Origin: Patescibacteria group bacterium
GTDB taxonomy: Bacteria; Patescibacteriota; Minisyncoccia; UBA6257; GWB1-50-10
Length of the DNA: 51,127 bases
Direction of reading: 5' to 3'
NCBI GenBank assembly: GCA_040757555.1
Contig: JBFLWN010000001.1
Location: 1-51,127 of the forward strand
Below, one piece after another: positions 37,523 through 45,547 of this stretch. Each line of letters opens with the position of its first letter. Positions within the stretch are counted from its first letter, which is position 1. A program made the position numbers and the translations under genes. The notes under the pieces were generated by a model. The model made no database searches and was not told the DNA's origin. It saw only the letters and a program-made list of their open reading frames with translations.

Positions 37523-38743
37523 CTATTTTATATTTTCTAAAACCCTTTTTAAGACTCCTCCAACATACTCAATTTCCTCCTTGGTAGTATATTTCCCAAG
37601 ACTAAAGCGAATACTCTCCCGCGCACGCGTTTCTCCCCATATATCTTGAATTATACGCGACGGTTCCTGCGAACGCGCATGACACGCCGATCCAGATGAC
37701 ACCGCAATACCCTCCATATCAAGTTTTATAAGAAATAATTCGGACGAAATATCAGGAAAATACACATTCAATATATTCGGAAGTGTATTTTCAAGAGACC
37801 CATTTGTTTCAGCTTTGGGATATACTTTTTTAATTGAAGTCCACAACTCTTCTCTTAATTTTGCTATCCTTTTTGTTTCTTTATTACGATTCTTATCAGC
37901 AAGTTCACACGCCTTTGCACATCCAACAATCCCTGCGATATTCTGTGTTCCGCTGCGCAATCCAAACTCCTGTCCCCCTCCGGTTATAATCGAAGAAAGC
38001 GGATAAGTTTTATTCTTTTTCACATACAACACACCAACACCTTTTGGCCCATATATTTTATGTGCGGAGAACGTCATCAAATCCACGCCAAGTTTTTTCA
38101 CATTACAATCGAGAAATTGGAACGCCTGGACAGCGTCGGTATGAAACAATGGATGTGTTGTCTCATAGTTTCCAGTTTTTGATTTCCAATTTTCAATGAT
38201 TTTTGAAATTTCAAAAATCGGCTGAATGGTTCCAATTTCATTATTCGCGTACATTATTGAAATCAAAATTGTTCGTTCATCTAATTCCTTTTCAATTTTT
38301 TTTACATCAATTATTCCATTTTTATTCACTGGAATAATTACCGTCTCGACCCCTTCTTTTTCTAAATCTTTTGCGGTTTCATAAACTGATTCATGTTCAA
38401 TCGCAGAAATAATTATTTTCGGGCGTGATGTAATTTTATTCGATTGATGGTGGTAGTTTTTTAGAACCCCTCTCAATGCCAAACTATTTGCCTCTGTCGC
38501 TGATCCGGTAAAAATAATCTCATTAAAATCCGCGCCGATCGATTGTGCGATTTTTGCCCGCGCCTCATCAATATACTTGAGCGATTCACGTCCAAAGCTA
38601 TGCAGTGAATTCGGATTTCCGAATATTAAACCTTCACCAAAGAATGGTTTCATGGCATTAAACACCTCTGTGTCTACTGGAGTAGTTGCCGCATAATCAA
38701 GGTATATTCTCTTAGAAATAGGCTCTTTTTTTATCATTTTCAC
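37523..38743 (-). CDS. iscS: cysteine desulfurase (IscS/NifS family)
   Basis: YLDYAATTP, GNPNSLH, HTDAVQ, SAHKIYGPKG, RSGT, SSGSAC. Confidence 0.92.
   Translation of the reverse strand: MKMIKKEPISKRIYLDYAATTPVDTEVFNAMKPFFGEGLIFGNPNSLHSFGRESLKYIDEARAKIAQSIGADFNEIIFTGSATEANSLALRGVLKNYHHQSNKITSRPKIIISAIEHESVYETAKDLEKEGVETVIIPVNKNGIIDVKKIEKELDERTILISIMYANNEIGTIQPIFEISKIIENWKSKTGNYETTHPLFHTDAVQAFQFLDCNVKKLGVDLMTFSAHKIYGPKGVGVLYVKKNKTYPLSSIITGGGQEFGLRSGTQNIAGIVGCAKACELADKNRNKETKRIAKLREELWTSIKKVYPKAETNGSLENTLPNILNVYFPDISSELFLIKLDMEGIAVSSGSACHARSQEPSRIIQDIWGETRARESIRFSLGKYTTKEEIEYVGGVLKRVLENIK
38167..38194 (-). repeat. degenerate period-7 GGAAA(C/T)-type array inside iscS
   Basis: GAAAATT GGAAATC AAAAACT GGAAACT; encodes the ENWKSKTGN segment before HTDAVQ. 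Confidence 0.5.
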
Positions 38744-38768
38744 TGCATTATAAGCCCATTTTTCTGAT

Positions 38769-38797
38769 TTGACAAATCCATATTTTGGTGATATAAT
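38769..38797 (+). promoter_or_regulatory. consensus sigma70 promoter
   Basis: TTGACA-17 bp-TATAAT with extended TG; GGAGG upstream of the ATG at 38853. Confidence 0.8.
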
Positions 38798-38852
38798 TAC
38801 ACCAGAGGCTAAAAAGCAGCCATATTAAAAATTAGAAAAGGGAGGAGTCGCG

Positions 38853-39299
38853 ATGTTAAAATCGAGATTTCCAATCAGTGCAGTATTTGCAATAACAATT
38901 GTAAACGAGGGATTTGTACTCATCCATGAAGCAAATACCAGACCGCCAGTGTTATGGAAAAACGTCGGAGGAAGGTTAGAAAAACCTACAGAGGACGACG
39001 TTGAAATAGAGTTGGAGGGAATAAAAAGAGAGTTTGAAGAAGAAACAAAGAAAAAGCTTCCTCGAAATAAATTCGAAGAATTCACAGTAGTCGATGTAGA
39101 GAGAGGAAATTATTCGATCCTCTTTTACGTCGTCGACATTCCAGAAGTTTCTTTTACTGAACTCCGGAAAGGAGACGAGGTTGAAGAAATGAAATTCGTT
39201 TCCAGAAAGCAATTGCAAGAAATGATCTCCATGCGACAACTCGTCGGAAATCATGCAAAAGCCCTCCAGGAATACCTGGAAGCCACTGAAGAAGAATAA
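38853..39299 (+). CDS. NUDIX hydrolase
   Basis: W..VGGRLE...REFEEET Nudix box with lengthened spacer; promoter, RBS and terminator present. Confidence 0.8.
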   Translation: MLKSRFPISAVFAITIVNEGFVLIHEANTRPPVLWKNVGGRLEKPTEDDVEIELEGIKREFEEETKKKLPRNKFEEFTVVDVERGNYSILFYVVDIPEVSFTELRKGDEVEEMKFVSRKQLQEMISMRQLVGNHAKALQEYLEATEEE

Positions 39300-39336
39300 T
39301 TTTTTCATCCTCGATCCCCCCACCGAAAATCCATTC

Positions 39337-39368
39337 AAAAAACCCCGCATACAACTGCGGGGTTCTTT
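39337..39368. terminator. intrinsic terminator
   Basis: AACCCCGCA-tacaac-TGCGGGGTT flanked by A and T runs. Confidence 0.75.
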
Positions 39369-39413
39369 CTTTTTCTCATTCGCTCATTCGCGCGAATGAT
39401 TCCCTTCCCTTTT

Positions 39414-39448
39414 GTTACTAGTTAAAGGTTAATTGTTATTAGTCATCT
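39414..39448 (+). repeat. 5 x period-7 GTTA array just downstream of the mgtC-like gene
   Basis: GTTACTA GTTAAAG GTTAATT GTTATTA GTCATCT. Confidence 0.75.
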
Positions 39449-39449
39449 C

Positions 39450-39926
39450 CTATTCATTCCTCTCTCCCCTTTTCTGAAGGGTATTCACATCAAATTTTCT
39501 GAGAATAGCGAGAAGAATAGTGAGACCCACTGCCGAGATAACCGCAAAGTTGATAAGTCCAATCCCACAGAGTATCCCAATCGCTGCTACAAGCCACACC
39601 GTCGCCGCTGTGGTCAGTCCAATCACATGAGTTCCATGTTTCACGATAATTCCCGCGCCCAAAAATCCCACCCCCACCACCACGTTTGCGATTACTCCCA
39701 AAAATCCACTATTTCGTGCAATCACTTCGGCGAGATTTTCTGGAGAAAGCGCGATGATATAGGGAAGCACAATACTCACCATCGAGAAAATTGCCGCACC
39801 CGCCGCTACCATAATGTCGGTGCGAAGCCCCGCCTCTTTTCCCGCAAGTTCCCGCTCAATTCCGATAATCGCCCCAAGGATAATTGCGATCACCAATCGA
39901 ATAATCATTTGTTCTAATGTAAGCAT
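39450..39926 (-). CDS. MgtC/SapB family membrane protein
   Basis: IGIERE..KEAGLRT, GVGFLGAG, GLTTAATVW. Confidence 0.92.
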   Translation of the reverse strand: MLTLEQMIIRLVIAIILGAIIGIERELAGKEAGLRTDIMVAAGAAIFSMVSIVLPYIIALSPENLAEVIARNSGFLGVIANVVVGVGFLGAGIIVKHGTHVIGLTTAATVWLVAAIGILCGIGLINFAVISAVGLTILLAILRKFDVNTLQKRGERNE

Positions 39927-39960
39927 ATATATAGTATAGGATTTAAAGTTTTAAATGTCT

Positions 39961-40527
39961 CTACTGATAACTTGGACGCGCTTCTTTTTTCCCGGAAATA
40001 AAATTTATATATCGGGCGAGGGCAAAAAGTATACTTGAAAAACGATTTAAAAATTGTAAAAATTCGGGAGAAATTTTTTTCTTTTTTGAAAATTTTACCG
40101 CAATACGCTCCGTTTTTCGTGCAACCACCCGTGCAATATCAAGTGATGCGGCACACATTGTCCCTCCAGGGAGCACAAAGTGTTTTATCGGGGGAACAAC
40201 AGCATCAATATCAAAAATTATTTTTTCTATTTCACGGATGTGGTGTTCGGCGATAGCGATTGTCGGATTTTTTGTTCCGAATCCGATTGCTCCAATTTCA
40301 GCTTGCGCAATAAAAAGCATCTCCTGAAGACGAAATAAAATTTTTTCTACATCAATAGTGTGCGCAGATTTTTCCTTATCACACGCCACACAAAACCCAA
40401 TCCACGAATTCAATTCATCAAGTGCGCCAAGTAATGCAAATAATGAGTCGCTTTTTGGAATATTTTTCTTCCCTATCACACTTTTTCCATCATCTCCATT
40501 TCTCGTAAAAAATAGTGTATTTGGCAT
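39961..40527 (-). CDS. PduO-type ATP:cob(I)alamin adenosyltransferase
   Basis: TRNGDDG, GALDELNS.IG, FVLPGG, ARVVARKTER, LNRFSS.LF.LAR. Confidence 0.9.
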   Translation of the reverse strand: MPNTLFFTRNGDDGKSVIGKKNIPKSDSLFALLGALDELNSWIGFCVACDKEKSAHTIDVEKILFRLQEMLFIAQAEIGAIGFGTKNPTIAIAEHHIREIEKIIFDIDAVVPPIKHFVLPGGTMCAASLDIARVVARKTERIAVKFSKKKKISPEFLQFLNRFSSILFALARYINFISGKKEARPSYQ

Positions 40528-40542
40528 ATATCTATTTTATAC

Positions 40543-40577
40543 AAAAAATCTCCGACCCGCACATACCGGATCGGAGA
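40543..40577 (-). terminator. intrinsic terminator
   Basis: TCTCCGA..TCGGAGA stem followed by a T run on the minus strand. Confidence 0.65.
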
Positions 40578-40589
40578 CCCTTGACTGTT

Positions 40590-40880
40590 CTATAAATTAT
40601 TCAAGTCGGCATTGATACTCTCGAGTTCTTTATCAAGATTTATATCGTTTATTCCCTGTAAATCCTGCTGAATCACTGGAGTGGTATCTTCAAGTGGTGT
40701 AGGAGTTGGAGTGAGTTCTCCACTTTGTACATCTACCTTCGGTTCTTCAACTACCATTGCATTTTTCATCTGCCACCACCACGCAAGCACCAAAAGAATC
40801 ACGATAATAAGCGCAATTACGACAACGATATTCCTATTTTTCGGCGAAGGCATATTTGTTTGTTGTGTTGTTTGTTCCAT
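40590..40880 (-). CDS. small single-pass membrane protein
   Basis: one TM and an acidic tail. Confidence 0.7.
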   Translation of the reverse strand: MEQTTQQTNMPSPKNRNIVVVIALIIVILLVLAWWWQMKNAMVVEEPKVDVQSGELTPTPTPLEDTTPVIQQDLQGINDINLDKELESINADLNNL

Positions 40881-40885
40881 AAATA

Positions 40886-41974
40886 TTATTGTTGTGTATT
40901 TTGTTCTACAGGAACAGTCGACGACGCTGTTGATGAAGATATTTGATTATTTGTTTCGATAAGATTGATTTCTGGGATTTGTGCCAATGAAAGCGCTGCT
41001 TTTTGTAAGGTCTCTTTAATTTTCTGCACCGCGACTTTCACTTTTTCCAGATCATTTTTCAATGTATCACGTGCTGCACTCGCATCGTTTTTCAACGTTT
41101 CCTCGGTGTTTATTGTTATTGCATACACTTTTCCCATCTGTTCTTGAATCGCTACGCGAGCAGCAACAATTGCAGTATTCGCTTCTCCTACAGCGGATTT
41201 TATCCCGGACACATCTTTTCCTGCAGCACTCGCCTTATCGGCGCGCGAATTAATGTTTAAGAGAACCTTTTCAAGGCGCTCGACTATATTCGAAAAATTC
41301 TCCAATGCACGCTTATTTGCTTCATTCAAATTCTGTCCAATACGTGTCATCACTTCTTTCTTTTTCTCATCTTTTAACTGTGCAACCCTTGCCTCAAATT
41401 CAACTTTTTTCGTCTCAATTTGTTTTTTCAATTCCTCTCTTTTCTCTTCAACTTGCTTTTTAAATTCTTCACGCTGTGTCTCAATTTGTTTTTTCAACTC
41501 CTCTCTTTTTTCCATCACTACCGTTGTTTGATCTTCGCGAAGTAACTGTATTTTTTCCTTACTTTCTTCTTGGATTTTTTTTGCCGTTTCAATCGCCTTC
41601 TCTCGCGCCTGCATAAATTCCTCTTTACTCACTGCCGAAGGATTTGGAATTGCCTCTTTTATATTGCGCACTTCTTCACGAACAGTACCTCGAATTTCCT
41701 CGGTTTTTTGTCGAGTTTCGACACGAATATTTTGCACATTTTCCCGAACTTGTTCACGAACTTCTTTCGTGGTTTCTCTTGCTCCCTCTCTCATTTCCTT
41801 CACTCCCTCTTGCATTCCCTCACGAATATTCTGTATGCCATTTTGAAACTCAACACGAACTCCTTGAATCGGCCTTGGGGCATTTGTTGGTGTTTCAATT
41901 TGGGCAAACACAAACGGAACATTCGCCACACACAAGGTGACGACTGATAAAAAAACTAATTTTGTTATTTTCAT
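40886..41974 (-). CDS. secreted coiled-coil protein with 11/22-residue periodicity
   Basis: signal peptide; EKREELKKQIET duplicated at 66-bp spacing (41412/41478). Confidence 0.78.
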   Translation of the reverse strand: MKITKLVFLSVVTLCVANVPFVFAQIETPTNAPRPIQGVRVEFQNGIQNIREGMQEGVKEMREGARETTKEVREQVRENVQNIRVETRQKTEEIRGTVREEVRNIKEAIPNPSAVSKEEFMQAREKAIETAKKIQEESKEKIQLLREDQTTVVMEKREELKKQIETQREEFKKQVEEKREELKKQIETKKVEFEARVAQLKDEKKKEVMTRIGQNLNEANKRALENFSNIVERLEKVLLNINSRADKASAAGKDVSGIKSAVGEANTAIVAARVAIQEQMGKVYAITINTEETLKNDASAARDTLKNDLEKVKVAVQKIKETLQKAALSLAQIPEINLIETNNQISSSTASSTVPVEQNTQQ

Positions 41975-42175
41975 AATATATATTTTTAACTACTCTTCGA
42001 CCACACTTTTCGTGTATACATATATTATAACGAATAGACCTTGAGAAACGTACATGTTACCAAGTAGTGATCCACTAATGAGCAGACTACTACCCGGTTG
42101 ACTTTTCTGCACAAACGGGTCAAAATTCCAAATGGACGTTTCACATAATCAATCGCTAACAGCCGAAGGTGCTAT

Positions 42176-42406
42176 ATGATGACTTTATCCGTTTCTCTCG
42201 CCAATTCTGTCACCAAAGAAGAAAGACAGAATATTCCCGAAATACTCTCCCCTCAACAATTCAAATGTATTCCCGCAAAAGGGAAAATAATAGAGGTGAG
42301 GATAATGGGTGGTGAAAAACTCCGGGTAAAAACAGTGAGCCGACACATGTCGAGCACGCGCGTCACTATTGATGTAATTCCTGTACGGACGAGAAAAAAG
42401 AAGTAG
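42176..42406 (+). CDS. small hypothetical protein
   Basis: 76-aa ORF filling a gap, with GAAGG upstream and a terminator downstream. Confidence 0.55.
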   Translation: MMTLSVSLANSVTKEERQNIPEILSPQQFKCIPAKGKIIEVRIMGGEKLRVKTVSRHMSSTRVTIDVIPVRTRKKK

Positions 42407-42426
42407 AAAACAAATTTTTTAAAAAT

Positions 42427-42453
42427 AAACCCGAGATATATCCTCGGGTTTTT
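42427..42453. terminator. bidirectional terminator
   Basis: AAACCCGAG-atatatc-CTCGGGTTTTT between convergent genes. Confidence 0.75.
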
Positions 42454-42459
42454 CTTTTT

Positions 42460-43212
42460 TTATAAAAACTTAAACGTTGAAAGGATTTTATTAAACACCC
42501 CAACATCAACATTTTCTTTACTACGCATCTCACTCAAAAATACACTCGCGGTGCTGCCCCTTGCCGTATCATGCGTCACGTTATACATCGAAAATAGAAA
42601 ATAATTTCCCTCTTTTTCCTTATGTGCATTAATCACCCGATCCCACGTTTTTCCGTCCATACTCACTGCAAAATAATCTTTTGTAAATGCTCCCCCTATT
42701 TCCGAGAGAAGCATAAAATCTGGCCGCTCGTCCCCACTATATTCGAAACGTCCTCCAAACACCCCCATAAGCGGAACTGACGTGGTTTTTCCGACAGAGA
42801 TATAAAGTTTTACATCACTTGAGGGAAATGAAATATATGTCTCTCCGCTCTCGACCACAGTTGCTGTTTCCGGATATTTCACTTCAAATCCATACTGAGT
42901 GTTTTTGTATGTCTTCCAATTTACCGTTTCGTCCTTTTTCACCGGAATACTTGCGATTTCACATTTTTCTTCCCACACTCGTAAACACTTTTGTTTTATT
43001 TCACACCACGTGTACCCCGCGGATCCAATACATCCATACACATCCTTATCTCCTCCCACAATCGGCGTCGAGGTTGCGGGGATTTCACTTACTGTTTGTA
43101 CATATTCTTCAGAAATAGTTGATTCCTCTTTTTGAGAAACAAAAAACACGATACCAATAATGATCAAAAAGAATAAGATAAGCGAGAGAATAATTTTCAT
43201 TTGCGTATTCAT
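42460..43212 (-). CDS. membrane-anchored protein with a Cys module (GGDKD.YGCIGSAGYTWC) and a PsbP-like domain
   Basis: N-terminal TM, 4-Cys module, WKTYKN..YGFEVKYP, F.KILSTFKF end. Confidence 0.75.
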   Translation of the reverse strand: MNTQMKIILSLILFFLIIIGIVFFVSQKEESTISEEYVQTVSEIPATSTPIVGGDKDVYGCIGSAGYTWCEIKQKCLRVWEEKCEIASIPVKKDETVNWKTYKNTQYGFEVKYPETATVVESGETYISFPSSDVKLYISVGKTTSVPLMGVFGGRFEYSGDERPDFMLLSEIGGAFTKDYFAVSMDGKTWDRVINAHKEKEGNYFLFSMYNVTHDTARGSTASVFLSEMRSKENVDVGVFNKILSTFKFL

Positions 43213-43241
43213 CTCGTTATTCTATCAGAGAACGAAAAAAT

Positions 43242-43270
43242 AAAAAACCCCGATATATTTCGGGGTTTTT
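43242..43270. terminator. intrinsic terminator
   Basis: AAAAAACCCCGA-tatatt-TCGGGGTTTTT. Confidence 0.75.
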
Positions 43271-43272
43271 AT

Positions 43273-43698
43273 TTAATTAACTCTTATCTTTTCCAAATAT
43301 TCCTTTGCAAATGAGATACCACACGTACATGCACCAATTCCTTTTTGCAGATGACAATCTTTCGTGTGTTCACGGAGCACAACAGCCCTGAGTTCATTCA
43401 ACGCACTTTCCTTTACGTCGTCTGGATACCCATCTTCTTTGAGGATAGAAATTGCATCATCAACCCTCACAGACCTCACCTCTTCTTCATCCGTCGGTTT
43501 AAGTGAAAACTTTCCATCCTTATAAAAAGGTTTTTTTGTCCACCCGCGCTGATACATGCGCCCTCCGTCCGGATAATACACGGCACCGCACACATCACAT
43601 GTAGGACAATGCGTATGATGATGACATCCGGTTTGAAGGAGAAATACCTTTGAAGGGTCAATGTTTCCATTGCATCCTTTTTCTATACATTTTTTCAT
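43273..43698 (-). CDS. Cys/His-rich hypothetical protein (possibly metal-binding)
   Basis: C-x4-C, CHHHTHCPTCDVC, H..DC..CTC; ATG at 43698 overlaps the upstream TGA. Confidence 0.65.
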   Translation of the reverse strand: MKKCIEKGCNGNIDPSKVFLLQTGCHHHTHCPTCDVCGAVYYPDGGRMYQRGWTKKPFYKDGKFSLKPTDEEEVRSVRVDDAISILKEDGYPDDVKESALNELRAVVLREHTKDCHLQKGIGACTCGISFAKEYLEKIRVN

Positions 43699-44120
43699 AA
43701 GTTCCTCCGTACTTTCAATAAAATTATTCGAAAATAGACATAGACCAGTAAAAATATTCCAATCACCCAAATAAATGAATCAAGTTTGCCACACAAACAA
43801 ATACATCCAATAAATCCAAATACTAATATTGCGAATTCTTGTTGTTCCCTTCTTTTAATTTTATTTATTTCCTCAACGTTTTGGATATTGAGATGTTTTC
43901 CAACATCCCACATTGGGGAAATAAAACTGAACGCCGCAGAAATAAGAACACAAACTAAAAGCGTGTATCCGTTTATATACTCATTTACCGCCGGAACATA
44001 ACTGATTAATTTATCAGGAATGTTCACAAGTTGTACAAAAAGAATAAAAAATGAGGAAAATATAAGCACAATAAAGAGCAAATATTTTACCATTAATTCG
44101 ATAACTCTCATCTCTGTCAC
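43695..44120 (-). CDS. hypothetical membrane protein
   Basis: about 4 TMs; ATGA coupling to the next gene. Confidence 0.6.
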   Translation of the reverse strand: MTEMRVIELMVKYLLFIVLIFSSFFILFVQLVNIPDKLISYVPAVNEYINGYTLLVCVLISAAFSFISPMWDVGKHLNIQNVEEINKIKRREQQEFAILVFGFIGCICLCGKLDSFIWVIGIFLLVYVYFRIILLKVRRNL

Positions 44121-44150
44121 CTCTTTTATTTATGAATAATGCTAGTAGCA

Positions 44151-44174
44151 AAATACCATTGTTTGATGGTATTT
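44151..44174. terminator. possible terminator after the PAS gene
   Basis: AAATACCAT-tgtttg-ATGGTATTT. Confidence 0.45.
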
Positions 44175-44194
44175 GTCAACTCAAATTAAAATTT

Positions 44195-45469
44195 CTATTT
44201 TTCCAGTTTATTAATTTTTTCTTCTAGTGCGGTTATTTTCTTTTTTAATTCAATCATCTTCAATTCGCGTCCCACCATCAATGTATTCACCCGCTCCATT
44301 TCTTCATTTTTTTTCTTTGTTTCTTCCTCTGCTTTTTTTTGTGCCGTAATATCGATACTAAATCCAATAATTCCAACAATATCTCCCTCGGTATTACGAA
44401 ATGGAATTTTGTCGGTTTGAACCCACAACAATCCCTTCGGAGTGGTTATGGATTCGATAATATTCATCTTTGCCCTTCCAGAGGCCATCACCTCTTTATC
44501 GTCTTTCCAATACATTTCTGCTTGTTCTTTTGGATAAAGATCAAAAAGAGATTTCCCTTCTAGTTCCTCTTTTGTTTTTGATACTGCCTCACAAAAACTT
44601 TTATTTACCTGTACAAATCTATTTTCTTTGTCTTTGAAAAAAATCCATGCTGGCACGGAATCCAAAAGAACCTGATCTTGTTCTTTTTCTTTTTTCATAA
44701 CCTCCTCTTCACTTTTATGATTCGTAATATCGCGTTGTATGGCGAGAAATCCATTTATGACCCCATTCTCATCAGTAATTGGATTAATTGAACCCTCTAT
44801 GGTAAGAAAGCGTCCGTCTTTTGTTTTATTTATTATTTCACTGCTCTTAAATACCTTCCCTTGTGTGATAGTGTCCCACACGTACTTATAATCTTCCTTT
44901 TTTAACTTTCCACTTTTTAGAATCCGCGGAGTCACCTTCCCTATCACCTCTCCTTCATTGTGCCCATACATATGGGTAAATTCAGGATTAATATATGTAA
45001 TAATTCCATCTCTATCCGTAGTAAAAATAATTTCGCCCGATGCCTCAACTGCCTTTCTAAGTTTTAGAAGCTCTTGTTCGCGCATTTTATGTTGGGTAAT
45101 ATCGCGCACTGTCGCCTGAAGCACATTTTCGCCTTCATAAGGGAACGAAGAAAGGAGGACATCGGCGTAAAAATTTTCTCCGTTTGTTTTTTTATGTACC
45201 CATTCAAAATGATCGTGTCCGTTTTTGAGCGCAATTTTTATATGTCCCATTGCGGCGGGAAACGATTCTCTCCCATCGGGTTGGTGGGAAGGAGAAATAT
45301 CCGCAGGATGCACTTTTGAAAAATCTTCTACCGTTTTAAACCCAAACATCTCCAAAGTGCGCCGATTACAATCAAAAAAACCCTTCTCGGTGAGAAGCAT
45401 AATCGCGTCATGTGAGTGTTGATAAATCGCCTCAAATTTTTTCTGCTCTTCCGAAAGTTTTTTATCCAT
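44195..45469 (-). CDS. triple PAS-domain protein ending in a short coiled coil, with no output domain
   Basis: three PAS/PAC units ending RDIT, RDIT, IDIT; C-terminal MVGRELKMIELKK. Confidence 0.88.
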   Translation of the reverse strand: MDKKLSEEQKKFEAIYQHSHDAIMLLTEKGFFDCNRRTLEMFGFKTVEDFSKVHPADISPSHQPDGRESFPAAMGHIKIALKNGHDHFEWVHKKTNGENFYADVLLSSFPYEGENVLQATVRDITQHKMREQELLKLRKAVEASGEIIFTTDRDGIITYINPEFTHMYGHNEGEVIGKVTPRILKSGKLKKEDYKYVWDTITQGKVFKSSEIINKTKDGRFLTIEGSINPITDENGVINGFLAIQRDITNHKSEEEVMKKEKEQDQVLLDSVPAWIFFKDKENRFVQVNKSFCEAVSKTKEELEGKSLFDLYPKEQAEMYWKDDKEVMASGRAKMNIIESITTPKGLLWVQTDKIPFRNTEGDIVGIIGFSIDITAQKKAEEETKKKNEEMERVNTLMVGRELKMIELKKKITALEEKINKLEK

Positions 45470-45547
45470 GTGCTTATTATATCACTTCGTACATGGTAAA
45501 AACTGGATGTTATATAAGAAGATGTAGGAACTAAAATTGTATTTAAA

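Noticed and set aside
38825-39354. Minus-strand ORFs overlapping the NUDIX gene
   Set aside because: The plus-strand ORF has the Nudix box, a consensus promoter, an RBS and a terminator; the others are shadows.
39375-39399. CTCATTCG duplication and 16-bp palindrome TCATTCGCGCGAATGA
   Set aside because: A single short occurrence between a terminator and a heptamer array; not enough to assign a function.
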